From NCBI GenBank assembly GCA_035637495.1, contig DASPXA010000053.1:694-64693 (forward strand): a DNA stretch of 64,000 nucleotides, read 5' to 3'. The stretch is from Verrucomicrobiia bacterium (GTDB taxonomy: Bacteria; Chloroflexota; Dormibacteria; Dormibacterales; Dormibacteraceae). Positions 26,919 to 35,564 of this stretch are shown piece after piece. The notes below the pieces were generated by a model. It saw only the letters and a list, made by a program, of their open reading frames with translations. It was not told the origin of the DNA and ran no database searches. The translations under genes were made by a program, and so were the position numbers. Positions within the stretch are counted from its first letter, which is position 1, and the number at the start of each line of letters is the position of its first letter.

Positions 26919-29083
26919 CAGGCCGCGGGCACCGCCGTGACGATCAATCGCTCGCCGTACGTTGCCTGGCTCCGGTCCCATGCACCCGCGCATGTGATCA
27001 GCGAAAGGCGCGCGGGACCGGTCTGGGCAAAGACGCCCGGTGGATGGGCCTCGAGTGGCAGCGACTCCGAGGCCGCCACCTGAAACTCGACTGTGCGCCC
27101 GTCGGGCCAGATCACGAGGATCGCGTCGCCAGGGCGCAGGAGCCGAAGGTCTTTGAACACTCCCGGTTGTCGCGGCACGCCGAGGTGACCCGCGAGCACC
27201 GCATCGCCGGGCTGCCCTGGGGACGGACCTTGATTGAACCAACCGACTGATTCGAGGTTGCCCGGTGACGCCATGGCCCCATGCTCGTCCAGACCGACCC
27301 TGTCGATCGGCGCCTCGACCCCGATGCGAGGTATCACGAGGCGCCACCCCGCCGCCTTCGGTTGAAGCGAAGGGACCTGCGGCGGCTGCGCGGCAACCGA
27401 CGGCGCCGCGCTCGTCTGAGAATCTCTTTCGCCGTGGCCATGGTCAACAAGCGCCTCGGCCGTCGCTGGTGACGAAGGCATCCGGTCGACGGCCGGACTG
27501 GAGCCTGCAACCACGCCGGCAATCAGGAGCACCGCCACGGCCCTGCTGCGCCGCCATGCCAGCGACAGCAAAAGAGCCGCTATGAGGAGAAGCGGCCCCA
27601 GCGGCGCCGGCCGGTCGGGCGGCGGCCTCGGGAAGGCGCCGGTGTTGGGCAAGCCTGGCGGAGCCGAGATGATGAAGCACTCGGTCGTTGCGTTGGTGTG
27701 GCTCGCGGGCGCGTAGATCCCGGTGCTCGCCGCATCGGGGGCGTAGACGGTCCTCCAGCAGTACTTCCCCGCGGCGGTGGTCGCCGTCGTGGGGTCAGAC
27801 GTGGCGACGCCCGCCACGAGCGGCTTGGCAGCGCCGACCTGTGCCCCGCCGGTCGGGCATCCTGCCGGAGTCACCAGGGCCGGACCGCACAGGACGAACG
27901 CGACGCTCCCGGTCGGCGCAAGGCCGGCACCGCCATTGCCGGCGGTGACGGTGTCTGTCGCCGAGGCGCCCATTGGAACCGCAGTCCCGGAGGGGACGCT
28001 CGTGCTGGTCAGGGCAGGTGTTCTGCAGGAGTGAAAGTCGATCGGCCCCGCAAAGTCCTTGAGGATCGACGTGAACGACTGCGCGGTTCGCGTGTGCGGC
28101 AGGAACGTGTTGAAGCAGCCGGCAAAGGGAATGCCCTGCAGGTCGACTCCACCCTCCAGCAGGTCGTTCGTGGAAACGGTCGTCGAGTTGCCGGCGATCT
28201 GGTCGCGGCAGACCCAGCCCCCGCACGGAATGTTTGCCGAGTTCACCGTTAGAGCCGCAAAAGCAGGAGCCGGATTGAGCTCGTAGTGCTCAGGCCCACC
28301 GGCGGGGTTGCAGATCGTCCCATCGGGCGGTTGCGGACCGGGGTCGGCGGCGCAGTGCCACTGATAGATGGAGAAGCCGGCAAGGCTTCCGCCATTGGTG
28401 AAGTCGACCGCGACCAGCAGGTCACCCTCACTCCGGTTCCCGGTGAAGGCGCCGCTGCAGCCTGCTGTGAGCACGACCGTGCTCTGGAGGAACTCGAAAT
28501 CCATGTGGCTGTCTCCGTTGTTGACCAGTCGCTCAGCGCCGAAGTACAGCTCCGGATGCCCATCGACCCGGGTGTGGCTCACGGCGTAGACGTTGCTGAG
28601 GTCGGTCTTGGCGGGGACGGGACCGGGGCTGAAGCTGTAGGAAGAGATCGCATCGCCGTTCTTCCCGCCGTTCAGCGTGGTGGGATCGTTGGCCCCACAG
28701 GGCGTCGTGTCTCCTGAGATGGGATCGGCGATGAAAACCGCGGAGATGATGCTTGGATCGGCCGCGGCTGCGGGCGTCAGGGTCGGCGCGATCGGCGGAG
28801 CGGAGCCCGCGGCCGGCCGTCCGCAATTGAAGATGCCCCCCGTTCCGCCAAGGTCTACCGCGCCGGCAGGGCACGTGCCGGTTGGTCCGGCGAGTCCGGA
28901 GTTGGCCCAGTCGTAAGTTGCCCCGCTTGCGGGGTTGAAACGGATCAGCCCATCGATGGCGAGCCAGCCCGAAGGTGCGCCCAGCACCTGGAGGGCTGTT
29001 GCCCCGATGCCAAGAAAGGCAATGGTCGCCGAGAGCGCAACTCTGACCCGGCGACCGGTCTTGGGCTGGTGTGGGGTGGCCAA
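26918..29083 (-). CDS. single-ORF fusion: signal peptide, then a Cys-rich extracellular domain (~480 aa), then an LPNTG sorting signal, hydrophobic helix and RRSR, then a second TM helix, linker, and a sortase catalytic domain (TLxTC active site)
   Basis: 721 aa, TTG start (MATPHQPKTGRRVRVALSATIAFLGIGATALQVLGAPSG...). ...ISAPPGLPNTGAFPRPPPDRPAPLGPLLLIAALLLSLAWRRSRAVAVLLIAGVVAGSS..., then ...VLAGHLGVPRQPGVFKDLRLLRPGDAILVIWPDGRTVEF...ARLSLITCAGAW..., a sortase fold. No stop codon lies between the two parts. Confidence 0.75.
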   Translation of the reverse strand: MATPHQPKTGRRVRVALSATIAFLGIGATALQVLGAPSGWLAIDGLIRFNPASGATYDWANSGLAGPTGTCPAGAVDLGGTGGIFNCGRPAAGSAPPIAPTLTPAAAADPSIISAVFIADPISGDTTPCGANDPTTLNGGKNGDAISSYSFSPGPVPAKTDLSNVYAVSHTRVDGHPELYFGAERLVNNGDSHMDFEFLQSTVVLTAGCSGAFTGNRSEGDLLVAVDFTNGGSLAGFSIYQWHCAADPGPQPPDGTICNPAGGPEHYELNPAPAFAALTVNSANIPCGGWVCRDQIAGNSTTVSTNDLLEGGVDLQGIPFAGCFNTFLPHTRTAQSFTSILKDFAGPIDFHSCRTPALTSTSVPSGTAVPMGASATDTVTAGNGGAGLAPTGSVAFVLCGPALVTPAGCPTGGAQVGAAKPLVAGVATSDPTTATTAAGKYCWRTVYAPDAASTGIYAPASHTNATTECFIISAPPGLPNTGAFPRPPPDRPAPLGPLLLIAALLLSLAWRRSRAVAVLLIAGVVAGSSPAVDRMPSSPATAEALVDHGHGERDSQTSAAPSVAAQPPQVPSLQPKAAGWRLVIPRIGVEAPIDRVGLDEHGAMASPGNLESVGWFNQGPSPGQPGDAVLAGHLGVPRQPGVFKDLRLLRPGDAILVIWPDGRTVEFQVAASESLPLEAHPPGVFAQTGPARLSLITCAGAWDRSQATYGERLIVTAVPAA

Positions 29084-29138
29084 AAAAACGTGCCCAGCTT
29101 AATGGTGCCGACCCCGATATGGATCGCTGTTGCCGGCG

Positions 29139-29348
29139 TCAGGTCATCGTGCGGCGGTCACCCACCCTCCTGCGCACTTCCGCGCGCCGCTCTAGCCACC
29201 GCCGCGGTCCACTCCGCCGCTCGACCGACACCGCCACGATTCGCTCGCGCCGGTCGGCCCCGGCGCGTCTGTCCGCCGCGCGGCGGTCACCCTCGCCGCG
29301 CCTGGACCCTTGACGCTGCTCGTCCGCCGTCTCCTCGACCGCTTGCAT
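29139..29348 (-). CDS. candidate small Arg/Glu-rich protein (~69 aa)
   Basis: ATG (comp. 29346-29348) preceded by GAGGAGGAGGGG with a 7-nt spacer. An alternative TTG at 29375 overlaps the CpaF stop (TTGA). Sequence MQAVEETADEQRQGSRRGEGDRRAADRRAGADRRERIVAVSVERRSG... Could be a GC-frame artefact. Confidence 0.3.
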   Translation of the reverse strand: MQAVEETADEQRQGSRRGEGDRRAADRRAGADRRERIVAVSVERRSGPRRWLERRAEVRRRVGDRRTMT

Positions 29349-29371
29349 CTGACGTCCCCTCCTCCTCAGGC

Positions 29372-30502
29372 TCAACTTCTCTGGACTACGCGAACCGGCT
29401 CCGGAAACAGCTCGACGATCTCGGCCGGCATGGGGAGGCCGAGCTCGTCCAGCTTGTCGAGCACGCGGGGGCGGATCCCGGTCGGTGAGAAGCGCCCCAT
29501 GACCCGACCATTGGCATCCATCCCGGTGCGAATGAACTTGAAGACCTCTTGCATCGTGATCACGTCCTCTTCCATCCCCGTCAGCTCGCTGATCTGGGCC
29601 ACCTTGCGCGTTCCGTCGCGCAGCCGCTCGAGATGGACGACGACGTTGATCGCGCTCGTGACCTGGGCGCGGATGGCGCGCACCGGCAGGTCGTAGCCCG
29701 CCATCAAGACGAGCGTCTCGATCCTGGACAGAGCGTCCCGCGGCCTGTTCGCGTGCAAGGTGGTCATCGAGCCGTCGTGACCGGTGTTCATCGCCTGAAG
29801 CATGTCCAGCGCCTCAGGGCCTCTTACCTCGCCGACCACCAGCCGGTCCGGCCGCATGCGCAGTGACGAGATCACCAGGTCGCGGATCGTGATCTCCTTG
29901 CCTTCCGGGCCTCCAGGCCGCGACTCGAGTCGCGCCACATGTCGCTGGCGAAGCTGAAGCTCGGCGGCGTCCTCGATCGTCACGATTCGCTCGTCGGTCG
30001 GGATGTAGCCCGACAGCACGTTCAGCAGCGTGGTCTTGCCGCTGCCCGTGCCGCCGCTGACAACGATGTTGGCCCTCGCCATGACGCACGCCTTGAGGAA
30101 GCCGAAGGCCGAATCGCTGCAGCTGCCGAGGCGGATCAGGTCCGCCATCTCGAGCGGCCCGCGCTGAAAGCGGCGGATGTTGAGCATCGGGCCATCGACC
30201 GCCACGGGCGGTATGGCGACGTGCACGCGGGAGCCGTCGCTCAAGCGGGCGTCGCAGAGGGGCGATGCTGCGTCGACGTGGCGGCCCACCGATTCGACGA
30301 TGTGGTGGATCACCGCCATCAGCTCTTCTGCGCTGGAGAAGCTGATCGGGGTCAGCAGGATCTTGCCGTCGACCTCGACGTAGATGTCGCGCGGGCCGAC
30401 CACCATGATCTCGGTCACCTGCGGGCTGTGCAGCAGCGGGGCGAGCGGCCCAAGCATGGAGTAGTCGGACGGAAGGACAGGCTGCGCTTGTGCTGTGCTC
30501 AT
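29372..30502 (-). CDS. CpaF/TadA-family secretion ATPase (short paralog, ~376 aa)
   Basis: Start MSTAQAQPVLPSDY... Walker A ...VVSGGTGSGKTTLLN..., ...VGEVRGPEALDMLQAMNTGHDGSMTTLHAN... Confidence 0.85.
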   Translation of the reverse strand: MSTAQAQPVLPSDYSMLGPLAPLLHSPQVTEIMVVGPRDIYVEVDGKILLTPISFSSAEELMAVIHHIVESVGRHVDAASPLCDARLSDGSRVHVAIPPVAVDGPMLNIRRFQRGPLEMADLIRLGSCSDSAFGFLKACVMARANIVVSGGTGSGKTTLLNVLSGYIPTDERIVTIEDAAELQLRQRHVARLESRPGGPEGKEITIRDLVISSLRMRPDRLVVGEVRGPEALDMLQAMNTGHDGSMTTLHANRPRDALSRIETLVLMAGYDLPVRAIRAQVTSAINVVVHLERLRDGTRKVAQISELTGMEEDVITMQEVFKFIRTGMDANGRVMGRFSPTGIRPRVLDKLDELGLPMPAEIVELFPEPVRVVQRS

Positions 30503-32556
30503 TGGATCAACCTCACAGCGGACGGAAACGCCCGCAAAGTAGGATCGGCGGTGATCGACACGGCGCCATTGCCGGTGATGGTCGCGGTCCAGGCGATAAC
30601 GCCTCCGGCGATCGTCGCCTGGTACGAGTTGCTGCCGTTGATCTGGACGTTCGCCGCGGGGAAGTAGACGATTCCGATCAGGCTCGTGAAGCCGTTGCCG
30701 TTGATGGTGTTGGAGCATGTGTTGGGCGTGGCGGACTGAATCGGTCCGGGCTCGAAGATCAGCGTCCTGCCGTACTGGTACCCGCTGAACAGGTAGCTGT
30801 CCGCCCCACCGTGAAGGTCGACGCATCCACCGCTGGGTAGGTAGAAAACCACCGCCCCTGGCGTCCATGCCGACGGGCACGCGGTGTTGTTGCCGAGAGT
30901 GGTGGTAACGCAGTGGCCCTCGTTGGCCAGGTCGCCCTGCGGCGGCACCCCCGACGCAGGGTTGGTGTTCGGCAGAGTGCTCGCGAGAGGCAGACGCTGC
31001 GTGTCCGGCGGTGACTGGCCGGAAAGGCAGTTGTTGATGGTCACACTCGAGCTTCCCCCGCTGCCAACGTTCGTGCAGTAGGTCAGTCCCGTGCAGGTGC
31101 TGTTCTGGGCCAGGTAGACGAAGTAGTCCTGCGCGCCGGGGACGCTCGTCACCGACACCCGGATGTTTCCACTGCTCGCCAACGTCACGGTCCTGCACAT
31201 CGAGGGCGCGCTCTCGCGCAGGTAGCACGTCGATGCAACTGGACCACTGCAGGTGGCCACGCCGTTGGGTTCCCACCGCACGGCCGTCACCTCGACCGAG
31301 TACGTGCCCGACGAGAGTCCGCTGGAGCCGAGGGCAGTGAGGCTGAACGAGCTGCCACACCCTACCCCGTTCATGTCCCAGAACTGGTGAAGCGCCCGCG
31401 CCATGGTGACGACGATCGTTCCGCCGGCAAGCGTGCCGCTCACGGCCTGGGCGGCCACTGGAATCGACGTCGCGTTCAGGGCAGCGCCCGCCGAGGTCAC
31501 GGTGAATGCCTGGTCGTTAAGGCGCACGATCGAGTTCGCAGGCACCGCAACCGTGAGGGCGGTCACCGGAATCGACGTGATCGTGCCCATCAGCGCGGCG
31601 GTGGTCGCGGTCAGGTTGGGCTCGTCCGGCGGTCGCAGCTCGTTGCTGGTGAATCCGCCCAACTGGGTGTACCCGGCGGTGAAGTTGTAGACGCCGCCGC
31701 CCAGGAAGTAGCAGCCGGCGCCGCCGCCCAGGTGCGGGTCCGAGTTGTACGTGCCGGCCAGCTCCACGCTGCCGCTCGACGACGCCCACGAACGAGACGT
31801 CGTGTCAATTGGCGGTGTCGGGTATCCCGGATCGGGAGAGTTCAGGCCGTTGACCTGGGCGCCGGTGACCGTCCACTTCGGCGTCGTGAGCGGGTTTGGC
31901 GGCGCCGGGCAGATGTCGATGACGTTGCCATTGACGGTGCCGCCGGCCGAACCGCTCTGCTCGAAGATGTTGCCGTTCGACCAGATGTCGCCGACGACGG
32001 TCGTCGTCGAGTTGCCCTGGAAGATGAGAGAGCTGCCGCCGCTCGGGCAGCCGTAGGGCGCCAGCGTCTGGATGGCTGCGCCGTTCGTGCCGGCCCTGCG
32101 TGCCACCGCGGTTGCGGTGGCGCCGACGTTCATGGCCCCCGCTCCCAGCACTCGCATGATCGTGACCGGGATCTGATGGGCCGCGGTGGCCGTGAACGTC
32201 GTCCCGGCAATCGAACGGTTGGCGACGGTCAGGATCAGCACCTGGTTGCTCGGGTCGCCGAAGGTACACGTGACGTTCGCGGTTCCGTAGCCTGAGCAGG
32301 TCGGTGGGGTGTAGAGTCGCTGGTTGTTCGCGAACTGGGTGGTGGCCGCCTGCTCCGCCAGGATGTAGCTCGTGTTGTTCATGTAGTTGTAGGCCGCAGC
32401 GAGCGCCGCGGCGTCAACCGCCCCCTGCATGCCGCGCCGGTCGAGGTATCCGCGTCCTCCATCCACGGCCAGGCCGAGGAAGCCGAACAGCGCGACCAGG
32501 ATCAGCGCGACGAGAACGATTGCCTGGCCTTTCTGAGCACGAAGACCGGCGGTCAT
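30499..32556 (-). CDS. TadG-like pilus-assembly protein (686 aa), N-terminal TadE/G-like pseudopilin segment plus a large Gly/Thr/Cys-rich extracellular region
   Basis: Start MTAGLRAQKGQAIVLVALILVALFGFLGLAVDGGRGYLDRRGMQGAVDAAALAAA..., a TadE/G-like N-terminal domain. The start overlaps the TadE stop. Confidence 0.8.
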   Translation of the reverse strand: MTAGLRAQKGQAIVLVALILVALFGFLGLAVDGGRGYLDRRGMQGAVDAAALAAAYNYMNNTSYILAEQAATTQFANNQRLYTPPTCSGYGTANVTCTFGDPSNQVLILTVANRSIAGTTFTATAAHQIPVTIMRVLGAGAMNVGATATAVARRAGTNGAAIQTLAPYGCPSGGSSLIFQGNSTTTVVGDIWSNGNIFEQSGSAGGTVNGNVIDICPAPPNPLTTPKWTVTGAQVNGLNSPDPGYPTPPIDTTSRSWASSSGSVELAGTYNSDPHLGGGAGCYFLGGGVYNFTAGYTQLGGFTSNELRPPDEPNLTATTAALMGTITSIPVTALTVAVPANSIVRLNDQAFTVTSAGAALNATSIPVAAQAVSGTLAGGTIVVTMARALHQFWDMNGVGCGSSFSLTALGSSGLSSGTYSVEVTAVRWEPNGVATCSGPVASTCYLRESAPSMCRTVTLASSGNIRVSVTSVPGAQDYFVYLAQNSTCTGLTYCTNVGSGGSSSVTINNCLSGQSPPDTQRLPLASTLPNTNPASGVPPQGDLANEGHCVTTTLGNNTACPSAWTPGAVVFYLPSGGCVDLHGGADSYLFSGYQYGRTLIFEPGPIQSATPNTCSNTINGNGFTSLIGIVYFPAANVQINGSNSYQATIAGGVIAWTATITGNGAVSITADPTLRAFPSAVRLIQ

Positions 32557-33116
32557 CAATACTCCACGGCGTAGGTGGCGGCCGCCGTGATGATGATGTT
32601 GTTGGCCGTGATCTGGCGAATCAGGGGCGTGAAGGGCACGAAGTTGTAGCGGATCGTCACCTGCAGGGGCGCGTGGTTCCTTGCCGGATTGGTGGCGCTG
32701 CATGATCCCGTTGCGTTTCCCCACATCTGGCCGCCGGGCGCGTTCTCGAGGGTTGGCGAAAGCACCTCCACCGTCGAGGGCGGGTTTGGCTCGGTGATGT
32801 AGATCCAGCCCGTGTTGGAAGGCGGCGTGGTGGCGGTGATCGGCCCGTTCGGGCAGGGGTTGGCGAGGACCATGTCCACCGCGTGCTGCCTGACCGCGGC
32901 CTCCACGTCGGCGTTTGTAGGCAGCTGCGCCGAGGAGCGGATGGCGCTCCGCGCACCTTCGTTGACCGCCTGGTTGAGCGTCACGTAGTAGTAGATGACG
33001 CGGCCGAAGTCGACGATCCCGAACAGCAGGAGGAGAAGGACCGGCGCGATGATCGCGAACTCGACGATCGCTTGCGACCGCTGCGCAGCGTCCCGCTGAC
33101 GGATGAACCTGCGCAC
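32556..33116 (-). CDS. TadE-like protein
   Basis: ...QRSQAIVEFAIIAPVLLLLLFGIVDFGRVIYYYVTLNQAVNEGAR..., a TadE N-terminal domain. Confidence 0.8.
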   Translation of the reverse strand: MRRFIRQRDAAQRSQAIVEFAIIAPVLLLLLFGIVDFGRVIYYYVTLNQAVNEGARSAIRSSAQLPTNADVEAAVRQHAVDMVLANPCPNGPITATTPPSNTGWIYITEPNPPSTVEVLSPTLENAPGGQMWGNATGSCSATNPARNHAPLQVTIRYNFVPFTPLIRQITANNIIITAAATYAVEY

Positions 33117-33117
33117 G

Positions 33118-33681
33118 TCAGTAGCCCCCGACCGTCATGTGCGTGTTGGACACCATGTGGATGGAGCTGCCCAGAGCGTCGGCCAGAAAGCCGGATGTGA
33201 ACCCAAAGCTCATGATGAGGATCACGTTCACGTCGATGCCCTTGTAGGCGTTGTCGACGGGCGCTGATGAGAAGTCAGTGCCCGGATCGTTCGCGAAGCA
33301 GATGAAGAGCAGCGGCTGGTTGAGGCTCGATGGATACCACGAGGGGTCGTACGGCGGGTTGTAGAGCGAGTTGCCGTCAGTCGGTGACGGGCACGTCGTG
33401 CCGGGATTCTGCAGGATCGAGGAGGGCAGCCCAGACTTGAGGAGAATCTGGTCGACCGACGCCTGGATGGCCGAGTCGGACAGGTATGGATTGGTCGACG
33501 AGCTGGCGTCGAACCAGGTCGCCTGGCGGGCGCCTTCTCGCGTCGCTCCCGCAATGGCGACCGCGAAGTAGAAGGCACGGCCCAGGTCGACGAGTCCGAA
33601 GACGAGCAGGATGAGCACGATCGCGGAGACACCGAACTCGACGGTCGATTGACCGCGCATGCGGTCGTGTCTTCGCCGCAT
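33118..33681 (-). CDS. TadE-like protein (second paralog)
   Basis: Start MRRRHDRMRGQSTVEFGVSAIVLILLVFGLVDLGRAFYFAVAIAGATREGARQA... Confidence 0.75.
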   Translation of the reverse strand: MRRRHDRMRGQSTVEFGVSAIVLILLVFGLVDLGRAFYFAVAIAGATREGARQATWFDASSSTNPYLSDSAIQASVDQILLKSGLPSSILQNPGTTCPSPTDGNSLYNPPYDPSWYPSSLNQPLLFICFANDPGTDFSSAPVDNAYKGIDVNVILIMSFGFTSGFLADALGSSIHMVSNTHMTVGGY

Positions 33682-33683
33682 GT

Positions 33684-34619
33684 CTATCCAGCCGCCAGGT
33701 ACTTGAGCGCAAGCAGGAGGGCCGGGCCGAGGATGATCACCCACAGCGTCGGGAAGATGCATCCGAGCATCGGGATGAGCATCTTCAGGGAGGCCCGCGC
33801 CCCCTTTTCCTGCGCTGTGAGGAGGTGCTTGGTCCGGATCTCGTCCGACTGGGCGCGCAGGATTCGGGCAACGCCGGAGCCCAGCTGCTCGGACTGGACG
33901 ATCGCCTGGACGAAGTTGTTCAGCTCCTCGACTCCGAGACGCTGGCCCATGTCGCTCAGCGCGTCCAGACGCGGGCGGCCGAGACGCATCTCCTGGATCA
34001 TGCGGCCGAACTCCTCGGCCAGCGCGTGGTCGAACTTCTCGGCCACCCTCTCGATCGAAGCCTCGAAGGTAAGCCCGGCCTCCACGCACACGACCAGGAC
34101 GTCGATCACATCGGGCAGGTCGTTCTGAATGTCGGTCTTGCGGCGCTTGATCCGCCGGCTCAGCCAGAACATGGGACCGTACAGACCAAGGGCGGCGCCG
34201 ATCGCCGCCGCGACCGCAAGCACGATTGGGCTGCCCTTGAGCAAGCCGATCAGGATCCCCAGCGAGCACAGGAATGCGGTCAACACGTAGCGGAACGCCA
34301 CGAAATCAGTCGTCCCCATGCCCCCGGGGCGCCCGGCCAGCTGCAGCTTCAGGAAGAGCTGCTGGCGCGCATTCGCAGGCATGCTCTGCTCGATGAATTT
34401 CCCGATCCGCTTCAGCGCCGGGCGGATGACGCGCTCGCCGAACGGCATCTGGAGCTCTTCCTCCGCAGTCGAAAGCGCCATGCCGGTCTCGTAGATGCGA
34501 AGGCGGCCCTCGACCACGTCCGCGTTGCTCGGCGCGGCCGGCATCAGGCTCCAGATGATTGCGAACATGCCGAATGCGGCCACCGAACCAAGCAGGGTCG
34601 CCACGTACAGGGCTGTCAC
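33684..34619 (-). CDS. TadC (type II secretion system F-family inner-membrane platform protein)
   Basis: 311 aa. GspF/TadC-type TM topology and conserved cytoplasmic domain (...DLPDVIDVLVVCVEAGLTFEASI...). Confidence 0.85.
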   Translation of the reverse strand: MTALYVATLLGSVAAFGMFAIIWSLMPAAPSNADVVEGRLRIYETGMALSTAEEELQMPFGERVIRPALKRIGKFIEQSMPANARQQLFLKLQLAGRPGGMGTTDFVAFRYVLTAFLCSLGILIGLLKGSPIVLAVAAAIGAALGLYGPMFWLSRRIKRRKTDIQNDLPDVIDVLVVCVEAGLTFEASIERVAEKFDHALAEEFGRMIQEMRLGRPRLDALSDMGQRLGVEELNNFVQAIVQSEQLGSGVARILRAQSDEIRTKHLLTAQEKGARASLKMLIPMLGCIFPTLWVIILGPALLLALKYLAAG

Positions 34620-34621
34620 CG

Positions 34622-35563
34622 CTACACCCTGAAAGACGTGATCCGTCTGATGAAGAGGTTGCCGATGAAGATCGAGATGAGGACAAGAACCAGCATCACG
34701 CGGCCCAGCGGCACGTCGAACATGATTCGGAAGTAGCTCGGCGTGATCACGTCGAGGATGCCCGCGACGGCGAACGGAAGCAGAGTGATGATCCAGCCGG
34801 ACGCGCGCATCTGCGCCGTCAGAGCGGAGATCTGGGCCTTCATCTGGACCCGCTGCCGGATGGTGTGCGAGATGCCGTCGAGGATTCGGGCGAGGTTTCC
34901 GCCCACTGTCGACTGGATCGAGATCGCGGTCACGATCAGGTCCAGGTCTTCGCTTCCGACCCGCCTGACCATGTTCGCCATCGCCTGTGGCGTCGGGCTG
35001 CCCAGGTTCATCTCCCGGATCGCCCTGTGGAGCTCATCAGAGACCGGCGGCGACGCGTTGCGGGCGACCGCCTCGACGGCCTGTGGCAAGGAGAGCCCCG
35101 CCTTCAAGGCGTTGGAGAGGAGGCTGAGCGTGTCGGGGAGGCGGCCGTTGAATGCCTTCAGGCGCCGGCCCTGGCGGAACTTGACGTAGCGCATCGGCAG
35201 CAGGTAGGCGCCAACGCCCGCGATCACAAATTGGGGCGCAAAGCCAAATCGCCACAGCCCCAGCAAGACTCCGACGACGAGGAATCCGAGCTGGATCATG
35301 ACGAACTCGGAGGTCCGAAGCCGGATGTCGGCCCGGCCCAGGTGCTCGGCGAGCGTGAGGCCGCCGTTGAGTCGGCGCCTGCGGTTGGAGCGGTCGGCGA
35401 GCGCCTGGAAGGGTTGGTTGATCCGGTCCCGCAGGCTCGCGTTCGGCGCTCCGCCACGGAACGGGTCGGCCAGGTTCCTCTGGGCGACGGGCAGCGCGAT
35501 CGCGCTGCAGGCGAGCAGCACCCCGACGGCCGCAATCGCAGAGATGATGAAGACGGGGCTCAC
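34622..35563 (-). CDS. TadB (type II secretion system F-family platform protein)
   Basis: GTG start ~35563 (VSPVFIISAIAAVGVLLACSAIAL...). ...LPDTLSLLSNALKAGLSLPQAVEAV... The start lies 1 nt after the CpaF stop. Confidence 0.8.
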   Translation of the reverse strand: MSPVFIISAIAAVGVLLACSAIALPVAQRNLADPFRGGAPNASLRDRINQPFQALADRSNRRRRLNGGLTLAEHLGRADIRLRTSEFVMIQLGFLVVGVLLGLWRFGFAPQFVIAGVGAYLLPMRYVKFRQGRRLKAFNGRLPDTLSLLSNALKAGLSLPQAVEAVARNASPPVSDELHRAIREMNLGSPTPQAMANMVRRVGSEDLDLIVTAISIQSTVGGNLARILDGISHTIRQRVQMKAQISALTAQMRASGWIITLLPFAVAGILDVITPSYFRIMFDVPLGRVMLVLVLISIFIGNLFIRRITSFRV

Positions 35564-35564
35564 G

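Noticed and set aside
29248-29267. GCGCCGG-tcggcc-CCGGCGC hairpin between CpaF-short and the sortase-fusion gene as a terminator
   Set aside because: No U-tract on either side. GC-only palindromes of this size are frequent by chance at 70% GC. It also lies inside the candidate small ORF.
29084-29371. Search for a Flp pilin in the only gap of the Tad locus
   Set aside because: All three minus frames were read. No short ORF with the Flp signature (charged leader, G/(A)TAIEY, hydrophobic helix). Only the Arg-rich ORF, which is reported separately.
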